From positions 267,902,001 to 267,966,000 of the forward strand of contig OZ024743.1 in NCBI GenBank assembly GCA_964016885.1: a stretch of 64,000 bases of DNA, read 5' to 3'. This DNA comes from Eledone cirrhosa (taxonomy: Eukaryota). Numbering within the stretch: position 1 is the first letter of the stretch; each line of letters begins with the position of its first letter. The notes under the pieces are model-generated. The model made no database searches, was not told where the DNA came from, and saw nothing but the letters and a program-made list of their open reading frames with translations. The position numbers were made by a program, and so were the translations under genes. Positions 44,269 to 59,725 of the stretch are shown piece after piece.

Positions 44269-45058
44269 AGAATATAAATAAAATTTCGTTTGTGTTGATC
44301 AAATGAAGTATTTTTTTGTATGTATGCATGTATGCATTAATTGTTTTACTTGCTTGTTGTTATTTGTTTAATTTTCCTTTTCTCTGGGAGTTGTGATATT
44401 TCCTTTTAAGGCAAAGTTTTTGCAATGGCCTCTAAAATACTACCATACTAAACTGTTTATTTTAAAGTTTTTTTATTTATCTAAAATGATTCTGTCATAA
44501 TTTTATATAAGAACATTTGTTAAGTTATAATCCAAATACCAAATAAATAATGACAAAGTTAGTTATGTTACTGTCGTTGCTGGACCAACCTGACCGTGAA
44601 ATTAATGTCGGGCTAAACGTTCTAAAGACTGGTGTACTTTTTAATGTAATTCTCAAGGATATTCTACATGACAGAGTGACAAGCCTGACCCTTGGAATCC
44701 AGCTGAGGGGACAAGGGCAACATAAAATAAATTCTCATGCTCAAACTCACAACGTAATGATAATGAACAGAACACTCTAAACAGAAAGTCACCCATTTTC
44801 ATTTATATTACGTTATTACATATCCTCTATAAATTAGAAATACGGTAATAAAAGAGAGAATAAACTTTCCCACTTGTTTAGAGATTCTGCCCCAGAGATA
44901 CCATACACACAGACACATACTGTCAAGGCGAGGTGAGCGGTGTACGGCCCAGAGATGCCAATGTTAGTTCTAGTGAGTTACGCAAATCTAGGATAAGTTT
45001 ATCCTGAGTTCAATCGGGGGTAACCGCAGTAAGTAGGGTACTCAATAGTATAAATATC

Positions 45059-45168
45059 TAATGTAGAAATGGCTTCTACAGGACTAGAACTGTTTCATTC
45101 GGGAGAAATCATCAGGAATATTTCTCCCGAATGAAACAGTTCATGTCCTGTAGACGCCATTTCTATAT

Positions 45169-45170
<2 letters not shown>
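45059..45170. repeat. Inverted repeat (~50-bp arms) abutting (TA)n
   Basis: ATGTAGAAATGGC..GTTTCATTCGGGAGAAAT / ATTTCTCCCGAATGAAAC..GCCATTTCTATAT. Confidence 0.88.
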
Positions 45171-45241
<71 letters not shown>

Positions 45242-45262
45242 AATATATTTAATTATATGAGT

Positions 45263-45514
45263 AATAAAGAAAGTACCCAAGCGCAGAAATGCTATAAAGG
45301 TAGAATATAAAATATGCTGAGAACCCCTAAAAGACGGAAAACAAATTCGATGGGAGAGGAATTGAAGCCCATATCTTCTAGCCAGTATCTGGAATAAAAG
45401 GGGTTCAATTCCTCATAGCAGTCGTTGGCAATTTCTTTTTCCGTCTTTTATTGTTTTTACCCTATTCTATAGTCTATGTTTATAGCCTCTCCACACTTAA
45501 GCACTTTCTTTATA
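45263..45514. repeat. Degenerate inverted repeat between TA tracts
   Basis: Nested mirror blocks ATAAAGAAAGT/ACTTTCTTTAT, GCTATAAA/TTTATAGC, TAAAAGACGGAAAA/TTTTCCGTCTTTTA, GAGGAATTGAA/TTCAATTCCTC. Confidence 0.8.
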
Positions 45515-45716
45515 TTTATATATAAAAAGGCGAAAATTCATGTAAAATTGACCTTAATTGTTTTCTTTATTTTTTCTGTATTTCTTTATTCTTTCTCTAG
45601 GACTTCAGAAATTTTCTTTTAAAGCAAATGTTTTGCATTGGCCCCTAAAATACGATGGTAGGCCACAGAGGGGCCCGCATGCCATAAGGCAAGTTGACGA
45701 TCTGGCCCGCCTACCA

Positions 45717-45752
<36 letters not shown>

Positions 45753-45894
45753 ATACTTTGGGAGGGTCATGTTGCCAATAAGAAACACACGTACCAGTTG
45801 CTTTCACTTCAATTTATTATAATACATTTATAAATTTAGGAATTTATAAATTTCCGGATGGTTGGTTCCACAACCAGATGATTGTTTATATATT

Positions 45895-45937
45895 GTCAAA
45901 GTTCTTTCGTCACACATTATGTGACCTCTTCAGTGAC
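45895..45937 (-). ncRNA. Type I minimal hammerhead ribozyme in family D island (45748-45964)
   Basis: GTCA-CTGAAGA-G-GTCACA/taatg/TGTGAC-GAAA-GAAC-TT^TGAC; island ends in the family D motif GACCCTCCCAAAGTATAACAA. Confidence 0.75.
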
Positions 45938-46434
45938 TCCAGTTGCATTTTCGATTTCATCCTTTATATATATATATATTATATATATATTATATATATA
46001 TATATATTATATATATATTATATATATATTATATATATATATACATATATATATATATACATATATATATACATTCCAGAGAATACACATTTAAGTGGGT
46101 CTGTGTGTGCGTGCGTCTCTGTGTATGTGGCTGTGTGTATTGTGTGGCTGGGATGTGTGGGTATATTATATTTTTATTATATCGAAAAATGCATAGCCAG
46201 TTAAGATTTAAAACATTATGTTAACCTACGCACGTTTCAATGTAGGATGGTGGGCTGTGCTGCATAAGATATACGTGAGATGGTTTGCTCTACATATCGT
46301 CAGGAGCATAGATTACCGATTGACGAAGGATACTGAATAGCATCGAGCTTTTACAATATTAATCAGGATATATATTGGTAAACTCTAATATTACCATGCA
46401 TATATAAGTATATATATATATATATATATACACA

Positions 46435-46493
<59 letters not shown>

Positions 46494-46762
46494 CGTTTGT
46501 ATATGTATAATAAAGCCAAAACAATGCAGGTATGGACATAGAATAAAGAATGCAAATGCAAAAGATATTGTTGACAATTAGTCTTTTACCTTCGATATAT
46601 TTAAATGTCCTTAATTTTCGAGATAATATCTCTTCTCCGGAGGGAAGTAAAGCGGTTAAACCAGTGTTCTAAATAGCTTGCCAAGTCTTGTTTTGGCTTT
46701 ATTATACATATACAAACGTTTATACCTCATTACACAATGCTTCAAGTGAACTATAACTTCCT

Positions 46763-46764
<2 letters not shown>
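46494..46764. mobile_element. (TA)n-embedded island with 31-bp inverted repeat and one-sided tail
   Basis: CGTTTGTATATGTATAATAAAGCCAAAACAA (46494-46524) and its reverse complement (46688-46718); tail 46719-46764. Confidence 0.72.
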
Positions 46765-46814
<50 letters not shown>

Positions 46815-47726
46815 TATATATTATACGTTTCACGTGCATGAGTGTATATGAGTATGTGCATATTCATCTCACCTATTTAATCCATCTGATCGTTTTTCTA
46901 TTCAAATAAGTGCGATCGTGTGTGCCTGTGTACATGTGAGCATAAAATAGATATATAGATATATTGGCTGCTCCATATCTCAAGTTCCCTCATACTTTCC
47001 TTCTTCCTTCTTTATAACTGTTATCTACCATTCCTTATCTGTCCCTCCCATTCTCTCACACTCAAACCTCTCTCCCACTCAAACCTCTCTCCCACTCTAG
47101 TCTGATTCTGTCTCAGTTCCTGCTTCCTACGTTTCCGTCTCCAGTTTACTCATTTTTTTTTTTAAACTCTACCCATCATTCCGCCACTTTGCCATTACGC
47201 CTGGAAAACTCTAGTCACGTGGTCAGCTGATTTGTAATCAGTTCCGATAGCAATCAGCGTATTTCCAAGCAAGATCTGTATGGTTGCAAAGATTCTCTCT
47301 GACCTTTTCTAACCCAATCATACATCTCCGCTCACTATTTATTCCTGATCTACTTCTTTAATTCCCTCATTCTTTCCTCCCCTTTCCTCCCTCTCCCTCT
47401 CTGTCTGTCACTCTGTCTCTCTTTTTCTCTCTCTTTCCCTCCCTCTCTCTCTCTCTCTTTCTCTCTCTTCCATGCTCTTACTTTCTCTCTGTCACAAACA
47501 TTTTCACTTTCTCTCTCTCTAACTGTCTTCATATCTATCTCCATACACAAGCACACACGCACCCACACACGCATCCACACATACAAACACATATATATAT
47601 ATACTCGCACACACACTATATATACATACATATATATACACATACATCTGTGTATTTATCCATACAAATAGACACACATATACACACACACATCCAGCTA
47701 CACCCCTACACACACACATATATATT

Positions 47727-47759
<33 letters not shown>

Positions 47760-48044
47760 ATATTTATATATATATCCTTTCCGTTTATGTCTTTCAAATT
47801 GCTACTAACAGGATCGCCTTCGATTCTACCCCATCGAACCCCCCACCTTCTATATCTATTGATGTATGCAGCGCGTGCGTTATTCATTTCATTTGCATGT
47901 CCAAATAATGTCGAACGCTCGACTTAATTCTATCCGAAAGCTAAATTAAACATTCAAAGAATGACTATTAGGAACATTATGAATGCAATTAGAAGAGTTA
48001 TACACCCCACTCCAATGTATACAAGCATATATTAAACATATATC

Positions 48045-48174
<130 letters not shown>

Positions 48175-48255
48175 TGTGTGTGTGTGTGTATATAGATATA
48201 TATGTATAGATATATGCATACACACACTCACAAACACACACACACATATACACAA

Positions 48256-48345
<90 letters not shown>

Positions 48346-48879
48346 ATATCTGCATAGATACAGTGTTGAATCAATATGTATAAATACATACACATGTCTA
48401 ATATGTAGGCATGTACACATGCCAGAATATACTAATTTCCCTGTGCATTGAAAAAATGATAAACATCTTTAATCGATTTTCTTATTGGACCCGCATCATC
48501 ATACGTGTATATTACCCCATCCACTATAGGGAAACAAGTATTTGATTGCTACATATACCCGAGCGCACTTATATATATGTTTCGAATAATTATGATTTCT
48601 GAAGGACTAGACCAGTTACTTTCTGAAATCGGCAGAAATACACACACATATATAAATAGCTTTTGGAGAGAATTACCCCACACGTCGCATATATAATGAA
48701 TAAGGCTTGTGCTGCATACAGCAATAGTTACATTGGGTGGGGTTATTGATGGTGTTGCGTTGAATACGTTTGTGGTTGTGGCAACTTGATCTATCTATAT
48801 CTATACATTCTACTTTATATATCTATATAAAGCACGTAACACTCTCCATGAATTAATAATCCAGATACCCCGAGAAAAT

Positions 48880-49090
48880 GTACTCAGGGCACTTTGTAAA
48901 ATGTTAATGCTGGGCCACAATAAATGCACCCAGTACTCTCTGCAAAGTTATTGTTAGGAACATCAACCAGCAGTGAAAAATATCTTATAATGGAAAGTAT
49001 GGTCAAGATGTGTTTCCGAAATGTCTAGGCTTTTGCCATAACAGCCCATCCAGCCAATGCTAGCGTGAATTCGGACGTAAAAGGATGTTG
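48880..49090 (+). mobile_element. Old remnant of SINE family 2 tail, followed by (GAT)n
   Basis: GCACCCAGTACTCTCTGCAAAGTT..TGTTAGGAA..CCATCCAGCCAATGCTAGC..CGGACGTAAAAGGATG. Confidence 0.6.
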
Positions 49091-49169
49091 CTCCAGCTAT
49101 TTCTAAGGATGATAAAAATGCGGCTGCTACTGCTGTTGATGGTGATGATGGTAATGCTGACGATGATGG

Positions 49170-49220
<51 letters not shown>

Positions 49221-52200
49221 GGAAGAGGAGGAGGAGGAGGAGTAGGGGGAGGCGCTGCAGTATCGTGACGTTGATGATGATACCTCCCCAGTTGGTGAAA
49301 CAATCTCATAAAACTTAGGATTTCCGAGAGGCTTAGGTAAGGAAATTATATAGTTTGCCTGTTTAGTAACACAATTTATAGGGACTGTAAATAAAAATAG
49401 ACAAAAATGTTCAAATTATTATGTTCTGCATTATTTGCTTGATCGTAATATTCTTTCCTTGATACATGTAGAGACACTAAGTCAAATTATCAAGGTTCAT
49501 AGACATATGTCAGCAATTCTCCCTCAAATATCCTTTTGATGAGTTTTTTTAGTTACTTATTAAAAAGCTAATCAGCTCCGATGATTAATTTCGAACAAAT
49601 TTAACGTTGGTCTATAAGTTTAAGATTCAATTATGTAAATGGGGTAAAATTCTATCATAAGCAGTGGGTTGCAGAAAAGCGGCTGATATATTTGTTTTCA
49701 TTGACTCCATTATGTTACTGGAAATCATCTTATGGACTGAAATATAGTAATATAGGGAATAGCTGTCTTGGTTTGAGGCCAATTTTGTCTCATAATATTC
49801 CGTGCTATATAAACTATCAACGAAATACTGGGGGGATTCATTGATCACTCTCTCTGAATCAGCTATGCTTCACCGTAAAAATGTGACTTCTGAGAAACCT
49901 GTGTGTACCCTTTTCTTCCGAAATGGAGGGTTGTTAAACAAGGGTATATTGCCTACTTGTTTTATAGACCTCTCACCAACATATGTGCAAGTTGATTTTA
50001 CAAATATTTCGTGAGTGATGATGGAATGCAAAAATGTATTAGATGTCGTGGATTTTATGTAATGTTTGTAAGATCCTGTGGCTGTAACACTACCGAGGTA
50101 TGTCCAAAACCTTTAATCGCACGACCTTTCTGTATGAATGTTTGATACATACTTTGTCGCAAGAAACCTAATACGAAATAGTTCATGTCAATCATCATAT
50201 GTACAGAATCCCTATATATCTCCAATAAGCATCATGGAATTTCACATTTCTGAAATAAACAACACAAATAAGAAAACCTACAATCGCTTAAAATGCTAGG
50301 TCTGGCCATAGCTTATGATCACGTCTGACGAAAGTACATATTCAAATGATTCCCGCCAAAAGATTGACTTTACTTCTTTGGTGCTATTAAATACTTCAGT
50401 ATTCAACAATTTCTAAAGTCTCTACCGCACGCGAATTAGAATCACGATGAGTTAATGTTTACACACACATGTGACACTTTACTGTTGCACACATAGTAGA
50501 TAGATTATCAAATATTATGCCCTCACCTGAAGGTTATGAAATGTCCCAATGAAATATTCCAGCCTCTACGCCACAGACGTATTGTTAACATTCTCTCGTT
50601 TTCTCTCTCACTTTATGTATCTATCAATTTATCTATCCATTGTTCTGATTATCAATACTTGCCTCTTGCAGTCCTTTCTATTGCTTCTACAAAGTCCACA
50701 GCTGTTCTGAGATAGCTGATCAATCGTCGTGTTTCGTCAGAAACACCTGACTCATTTCTTCCCCTCCCGTCAAACTTATAATGACAAGTACCGGGCTCTG
50801 CCCACTTCACTTTGCCAATATGTGTCTTCTTAGAATGAAACATAGTTAGGTAATACGGCCATACGATTTTTATAGGAAACTCGACTTTCTATTTTACAGA
50901 ATAATGAAAATATAAGGAACTGATATTTATCCGGTGTTTTGTGATTTTATATTTTCTTATATTATAATTGATTGTACGATTGATCTAAGATCAAGCCATA
51001 TAATTAACTAGTTATTTTACTACATAGACCAATATATCTATCATTTATCTTAAAAAGGTAGAAAAAAGCTGTATAATGTAATATGCAATAATTTACACAG
51101 TAACTGACTAACTATTTAAATTATCGATATTATTAATAGACTTATTTAATAATTAATAAATTGACATCATAAATAAAAGAAGAAACAAACGCATTTGTTA
51201 TTATATTAAACGTATTAATTAGCCCAGTTCTGTGAGAGATGTCTCTCGTTAACAGAATCATAAACACTGAAGAGAGTATCAATAAAGACACATTTAAAGT
51301 TCCAGCAATCACAGAATTGGAGTTGAATTATCAATATTTCTACAATAAATGGATTTTCAGTCATTCACTTAAACATAGCAATAATTTAGTCATGATTTGT
51401 TAATACAGCATGTCAAATAATTCCAATATGATTTACAGATGTTTCATTAGATCACAGAACGGAGATTAGATCGTGCCAGGAATACAATAATGTAATATGA
51501 TCACTGGTATTTTTTATTCCCAGTTTAGCTCTGATCCAAGAACCGATGATCGAAGGGATTTCATAGACATACCAAATAAAATATTGGGCCATTATCAAAG
51601 CTGCTCCATTTTATGAGATGCTAGCTCATAATTTAGGATATTTACCTGCTATGGCTAGCGGCTCTAATAAACATATGCAAGCTATATAATTTGGAGGCTT
51701 ATAAAATCTACAATTATATACATGTTTGTAGTATCGCTCATCTGTGAGTTTCTGGGTTTTGTCAAACATCAGTTATATCGTAAATTCTGATTTTCACATT
51801 CTCAGAAATATACGTTGGTCTAATATTAACTACGATAAATTCAATTCAGAGGTATTTGGTTTGACGAGTGAAAAGATTTTCTGAAACCATTAAAGATGTA
51901 TGTCATGTACAACAGAACTTCGTTTGAGAATAGAAACCACCCTATTGCCTTACCCTTTACTGTAAGGTTTTCATATGTTTATATCCATAACTAAATATTT
52001 TTACTCTAAAATAAGTGAACAATCTACTCTTCATACACTCTCTATCCCATTTATCTCAAACATGTAAAAGCTACATAGTGTTAAAACCTGCTACGGTGAG
52101 AGCGTCTACTTCCTTAACCAACGGTATAATCAACCAAATCTGCGTTAATTAACAATATGGTATTTTTCAAAGGGATGAATGCCTTGAGATATATAGTCCT

Positions 52201-53067
52201 AGATATACAGCAATGTCTGATCGTGTGTATACTTTAACAGACTTGAGGATCAACAGCAACAATACCAACAATTGCAGCTAAATTCGTTAGCAACGTCAGT
52301 AACAGAATTCTATTGAGAAACGCTGTTTCTTTTATTAGCCGTTTACCATTTTAATTAATATATTTAAAATAAGAGACATTGCCATTGATTTTCAAATACT
52401 TTTGAAAATAACCAAGGATATGGATGGATTTTTTAATATAATTGACACACCCATTCCTAAGCTGGTGTTTGAAACAAGAGAACAAAGGTTCTTACATGCA
52501 ATTTTAAGGGGATGCTTTTAGATAAAAATGAACAGTTTAAAACAAAACAATGTTGTATCATAGAACCTGGTGTGGTTTCTGTCAGTTTTTACCAAAGGGT
52601 TAAACAACCATACAAATATAACCTCCAGAATGAAAAGTTAAGTGAAATCCTGCGGATTATTGTAATTTCGAATAGATTAGATTTTCCGTCTTGAAGGCAA
52701 AATTAGCTTAGGCTGGATTTTAAATGATAGGCCAGCAAAGAGGAACATAAAGTACAACATTCTGTATTTTTCTATGATCTCTTCTTGGTGGTATATTGAC
52801 ATGTATATCACGTTTATCTATATTAATCATGCTGATAACTTATAGTCTACATTTATTATTCTACTGTTAACACGTACAGATTATGACGCAAGAAAAGTTC
52901 AATTCGTCTGTCATATATTGTCCCCTTAAAATCACAGCTATTTAAGACGGGAAAAACACAGGCGAAATTGATATGTAGCATGAAAATTACAAGTTCGCTG
53001 ACTCATCTAAGTACGTCTGTAAGTAAAAGAATCGCTTATTTGCGATTAGGCACTAAAAATAAATTAA

Positions 53068-53235
53068 TAATTGTTTCTATTTTTGGCACAATAACCCAGT
53101 ACATTACTGGTACTTTATTTTACCGACCCCGTAAGGATGAAAGGCAAGTGAACCTCGGCGGGATTTGAACTCAGATCGTAAAGGGACGTACCTATGCTGG
53201 AAAGCATGTCCGACCATTGCCAATTCAACACCCTC
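53068..53235 (-). mobile_element. SINE family 1, adjacent to a second tail fragment (53248-53303)
   Basis: Core match; AAAATAAATTAA duplicated at 53056-53067 and 53236-53247. Confidence 0.85.
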
Positions 53236-56200
53236 AAAATAAATTAACAATTGTTTCTACTTTTGGCACAAGGCCAGCAATTACCCAGAGCATTACTGCT
53301 ACTTAAACGTCATTTGTTTCCAATTTTAACTAAATATGCAGTTGCTACTACAATCATTCGTTTTAATTTTCCCTGTTGACTATATCATTTTACCTCACTT
53401 GTTTTAATAAACAATAAAATTTAAAAGTAATTTCGCCCACAAAAGAAAACATTTTTCACTAGTATTTTTAAAGAAATTAAATCTATTTTGCTTTTAACTT
53501 AATCGTGTTTTCATATCAAATATGCATGAATTGGCTAGATCACATTTACTTATTTGCATTAGAAAATACATCATTCATGATGTAGAAGGAATATGTGCTA
53601 TGTTCCATTCGTAGCTACTTCGAAACGTGGGCAACACTGGGTATTTCGCTAGTAACCCCCCCCCCAACACACACATGCGCGCGCATATATATATATATAT
53701 ATATAAAACGAAGTAATTAAAAAAAAGCAGACAGCATGTGAATAGTGGAGTCATAAACAATAATAACAAATAAAAGAAATACATATTAACTCAATTTCTC
53801 TCTCTCACTGTCTCCGTCTTTCTCTTACACCCACATGCACATATATGTGCACAAGCATTGCCTCTTGTATATAACCATTCACACAGACACGCTATTACTG
53901 GGGCAGCCAGAAAGGCATACACATGTATTTACGCAAAAGTTACCCAGATGTCAAATATGATAGATTGCTTTACATTTATATCATCTGCCGCATTTTTTTA
54001 TTTGGTTTTTGCTACTTGCTGTTTTTGTAGGTGTTGCCATTGCTCTTGTTATTGTTGTTGCTGTAATTGTAGTTTTGTATATATTGATGCTTCCGATGTT
54101 ATTCCTCCTGCTGTGGTTGCAACTGAGATGCATGTTGTTGTTGCTATTATTAAAGTTAGGGTTCTGGTTGTTATTGTTGCTTATGTTGTTGTTGTTGTTA
54201 ATGTTCTTATGTTTCTTTTTGATCGTGGTTATTGTTGATAGAATTTTATTGAATGTTGTTAATTCCAATCAATGGTAGAATTGCGAAGGTGGCCAATCTA
54301 GTAACTGTGTGTCTGCTTCGCTAAATGTTATTACAATATTGAACTCTTGCTTTGACTGAAAAATCACAAAATTATGGATGGCAGATTATATTTTAGAATA
54401 TATCTGCAATGATATATAACAGGTACATATCGATACTATCGAGAGTGGAATGAATTGAAAAAAGGAGAAGACATCTTGGACGGTAGTTGCTCTAAAATAT
54501 TTGAGATATCAGCCTTTTGTTTATTGTAATATTTATTTAATTTCTTAATACCAATGAACGGATGAAAGCATAGATAGTTCAGTCAACGTGGGAGAAATTT
54601 TAATCTCAGAACATTAAGAGATAAGACTATATATATGGCATTTTATCTTTTCCCTTTGGGGTATTTCAGTTTGTAAAGCTACCTTAAATATATTACAAGA
54701 TTATGAATGACAAACATAGAGTGCTGCCTTACAGAGTTTAGTTAGAATCATTCCAAGTTCAAAATCTTTCAGTTACACATTTTCTTACTTTTATATATTC
54801 GCTGTGTATACGATGCGTTTATGCAATGATTACATTCGTTACTTGCAGATTAATATCTACCGAAGCTTGATATTTATATTTCAAATGCGATTGAATGCGA
54901 CGTAAATCGATCATCGTTTAAAAAGTATTTTACTTCGTGTGGCTGTTATGTTTGTTGTTGGTATTGCAGCACCACATTTCATGTGATCGAGTTATATGTG
55001 AGACGTAACGTAACGGATAGTCAACTGACCAATTATGAGCGACTGACCTGGATATATGATGCTTCCATCTAGATGACGATAATACTAGATACATACTACA
55101 TGCAATTGTGAATCACATGGAGCGCGATGTTAGTGTTTAGTTATGTACATACTTGCCTTTTATAAATTTCATTTCTCTGTTTACTTTCTGGTAATGATTG
55201 AAGAAGCATTGAAGGCATGTGTGACCTGCTATAATTAGCAACCACATCTTAAAATGGTTAAACTATACAGTCTTAGGAGGAAATAAATATTCTGAATAAA
55301 TATCAATGTAAAGATCAGAAAATAAGACTTTCTCTGAAGACTCATTTCGAATGCCTCACAAGTGATGAACGAATGACATGCATGGTCAATTTTATAAATG
55401 GTGTAGGATGGATTTTGAAGGAGCTGACTTAGAGAACAAAACATCAAATACTAAACTTCAACGAATAAAACATAGTGAATGTTTGTGGCTGGATTGTCTT
55501 AAACATTAGACTTGCTGGGTCAGTCATTTAATAAAAACAATATATTAAATCTAAAGTTAGTTAAACCGGATAACTTACATTCGAAACGTACAGATTTTTA
55601 ATTCTTATTTTCTTTTTTTTCACATTCCATACTTTACTTGTTGAAAAGTGTATCAAAGAAATTAAAAATCAAAAAATTAGAATATAGAAATGCAAACATA
55701 AATAAATAAAATACATTAATAATGAAAAATAACTATGATTAGCATATTTTCAACTGAAGTAAGTTATGCTATGATAATTCAAACGAAAATAAATTAACGA
55801 TATGACTAAAATAAAGCAAAGCAAATCCTGATAAGGTATGATAGAAAACAAAATACAACGAACGAGACATATTTTTTCCATGACTGACCAAATGCTTCTC
55901 AAATTATAAATCATTCAAATAATTTTGAGGTTAAATCAAACATCAGATGTGCAAATGAAACAACTTTAATGTTGTCTTTATTCATTTTCTGGTTACTGAA
56001 CGAAGCTTGGTAAATTTATCTGTAAATCAAAGAGGACTGCGTTTGATGATAGTGCTATTAAACCAGCAACGTTGGCCTTAATTTATATTTAACTATGATC
56101 ATGAAAATATAGTGCAATATATGTGTGGGTTTGCAAATAGTCTTAAAACTAAAGAGTTCATCAAACACGTTTACCTTTAAGAGTATCAATTACAAACATT

Positions 56201-56436
56201 ATATCTGAACGATACCTTCTTAAGCAGGAAATGTGATGTGTTTTGCATGTCAATGATTTATTTATTTCATTCTCACACACACATATACATACACACACGC
56301 ACACATAAACACACACACACACACATATATATATGTATATAAATATAATGAAAAGACCACCAACTCGTATAATTTATCTTATATATATATATATATATAT
56401 AATATATATGTGTGTGGGTGGGTGTGTGTGTGTGTG

Positions 56437-56932
<496 letters not shown>

Positions 56933-56986
56933 TATATATATAGGAATGAAAATGACGTGCTGTGTTGTTGCAAATGTGATATACAC

Positions 56987-57860
56987 ATTAAAATGAAGAA
57001 TTAGAAATAGAAGCCAGGACTATCCATCGTCAGTGGTCTACTAGCCATCATATGTATTTCTTCGCATTAAAGACCAGATACCTCAGGCTAGCGCTAACAA
57101 TAACTAAAATAAGTTATTGGGATAAAAAGAATTGGGTGGCGAATGAGGGACAGGTAAACAAACACGAATGGTGGGGCAACGTAAAGAGAGGAAAAAATGA
57201 GAAAATCAAGTCAATGATTCATTTGAACATAAGAACTTGCGAATATTGACGAGAAGATGAAAGACACATCTTAACTGTGCGAAAAGTAAGCGAGGGGAGA
57301 ATTTCGGCAACGACACAGCACGCCCATTTTTCATTCCCATATGCTTTCCCCTTCCATGTGACCTGTCTTGTTCTCTTCCCTTACTGCTATCCTCTTTCCC
57401 CTTCTCTCTCCTTCTCCCTCTTACTTTCATTCACCCCCTCTGCTAGTCACCCTCTCTCGGCTATCCTCTTCCTCACACTTTCACTCATTCACTCTCTGCT
57501 ACTCACCCTCTCTCTCACTTCCTCCATCGTCCCACACTGTGCTAAATTCTTTCCTCGCTTACTTTTCGCACAGTTAAGATGTGTCTTTCATCTTCTCGTC
57601 AATATTCGCAAGTTCTTATGTTCAAATGAATCATTGACTTGATTTTCTCATTTATTCCTCTCTTTACGTTGCCCCACCATTCGTGTTTTTTATCTGTCTC
57701 TCTTTCTCCACCCAATTTTTTTTATCCCAATTACTTATTTTAGTTATTGTTCGCGCTAGTCTTATGTATCTGGTCTTTAATGCGAAGAAATACCTATGAT
57801 GGCTAGTAGACCACTTATGATGGATAGTCCTGGCTTCTATTTCTAATTCTTCATTTTAAT
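56987..57860. repeat. Large inverted repeat, ~320-bp arms with 230-bp CT-rich spacer, between (TA)n tracts
   Basis: 56987-57309 vs 57540-57860; mirror ORF ends FSPRLLFAQLRCVFHLLVNIRKFLCSNESLT. Confidence 0.92.
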
Positions 57861-57861
57861 T

Positions 57862-57900
<39 letters not shown>

Positions 57901-57930
57901 TAATAATAATAAATTTGAAAACTAAAATCC

Positions 57931-57965
<35 letters not shown>

Positions 57966-58361
57966 TACATACATACATTCTTATATATACTTATATATTA
58001 TTTTTTTTACTTGTGTTTGAATTTGTATTTCCGCCTGTTCTGCCGTTCTTTACAGTCTGCAGCCATACTCTTATCTTAAATTTATCTATAAATCACCCAA
58101 TTTAAAATTCTTCCTTTCCTCCTCAATTTCTCTCCTTTTATCCCCAGAATACAAACCACCTCTTACCCTCAATACTAGTTCTGAACATTCGTCCCTTACC
58201 CCGATTTTACCACATGCTTTTCCTATTTTTATCCCACTCAATTGAGAGGAAGGGAAAGAGTGAGAGAGAGTGAGAGACAGAGGTAGAACAAGAGTAAGAT
58301 AATTTATGTGGTGAGGCAGATGGCGATGATGCAATTGTTAGTGGCGTTGATGACCATGTTG

Positions 58362-58406
<45 letters not shown>

Positions 58407-58446
58407 TGAGTATTAGGAGTAGTAGTTGTTGTTGTTGTTGAAGTAA

Positions 58447-58494
<48 letters not shown>

Positions 58495-58531
58495 CAGTAA
58501 TTGCTGTAGTAGTTACAACAGCAGCAGCAGC

Positions 58532-58590
<59 letters not shown>
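58362..58590. repeat. (TAG)n microsatellite cluster
   Basis: Direct sequence. Confidence 0.95.
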
Positions 58591-58597
<7 letters not shown>

Positions 58598-59260
58598 TGA
58601 AATGGTTGTGGCAGTAGTGTTACTAATGATAACAGTTGTGGTATAATTGACAGTGATAATATTAAAGCTCACCGGGATGGTGGTGATGGTGATGATGATA
58701 GTATTGGTGGTACGAGGTTCTGTATATAAATCTATGTGTGCTTACGTGTGCGTGTGCGTGTGTGTATGTGTGTGTGTGCGCGCGTTTGTGTGTGAGTGTG
58801 TGTGTATTGGATGCTGTTTGATGGTGTCAAAATGTAATGAGGTGTAGTGAGAATTTAAACACAGAACACAACACATGAAAACACGTGATAGAATTGGGGG
58901 TGTATTATATTATGATGGCGATGATGGAGGGGGTGTCGGTGAAGGTGGAGAATGTAGTCATGTTGGTGGTGTCATCGATGGAGTCGGTAACGTTGAACCT
59001 CTCACTCTCTCATTGATAAAAATTGGGGGATAGAAATTTACAGAAGGAATTAGGTAAGAGGAATGTGCGGTAAAGTTGAGCTTTATATGATGATGTGACT
59101 CTTAGGAGTGTTAAAGGATGAGTAGAAGTGGGGCTCTTGTTATTGTATTTAGGGAGGGCAGCTGAAATAAAAATAGTATGTCCTTAGAAGAGGAAAATAG
59201 ATATATTTGTGCAATAACTCTGTGTTGCATCGTATAAATATATGTATATATATATATATA

Positions 59261-59572
59261 TGTTATACTTGGGGACGGTAATATTTGATGTGCAACAAAA
59301 GAACTTTGATAGACTATATATATGATGTGTTTGTGTGTATATTGTATCTGTATTTTTGACCGTTGGTCAGTCAATGGAAACATTGAGGTCCGAATAAATT
59401 AAATTAACCGATATAAAGGACACAGAAGCGAAAACCAGCCAAACAGTGAGTGTGTTCTGTTATTAATTCTGGCAATATTATTACACAAATAGGACCCTCC
59501 CCAAGTATAACAATATTTGTTTCGACACACGATTTCATATAAAAAACCTCGCAAAACTAATTCATCGCCGTT
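59261..59572 (+). mobile_element. Family D element with short inverted 5' arm
   Basis: TGTTATACTTGGGGA.GGT / ACCCTCCCCAAGTATAACA inverted pair; remnant AAAAGAACTTTGA of the 45895 ribozyme; tail ..CTAATTCATCGCCGT then TA. Confidence 0.75.
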
Positions 59573-59597
59573 ATATATATATATATTTATATATATA

Positions 59598-59725
59598 GGA
59601 AAAAAGTCAGGACCTCGATGGCTATGCTCCGGCCGTTGCGACAGCGAGATCCGAACTCTTCGGATCTAGCCATCGAGTACTCGGCAGATTATGGTCCACC
59701 TGCTTTCTTACCACACTTTCTTTGT

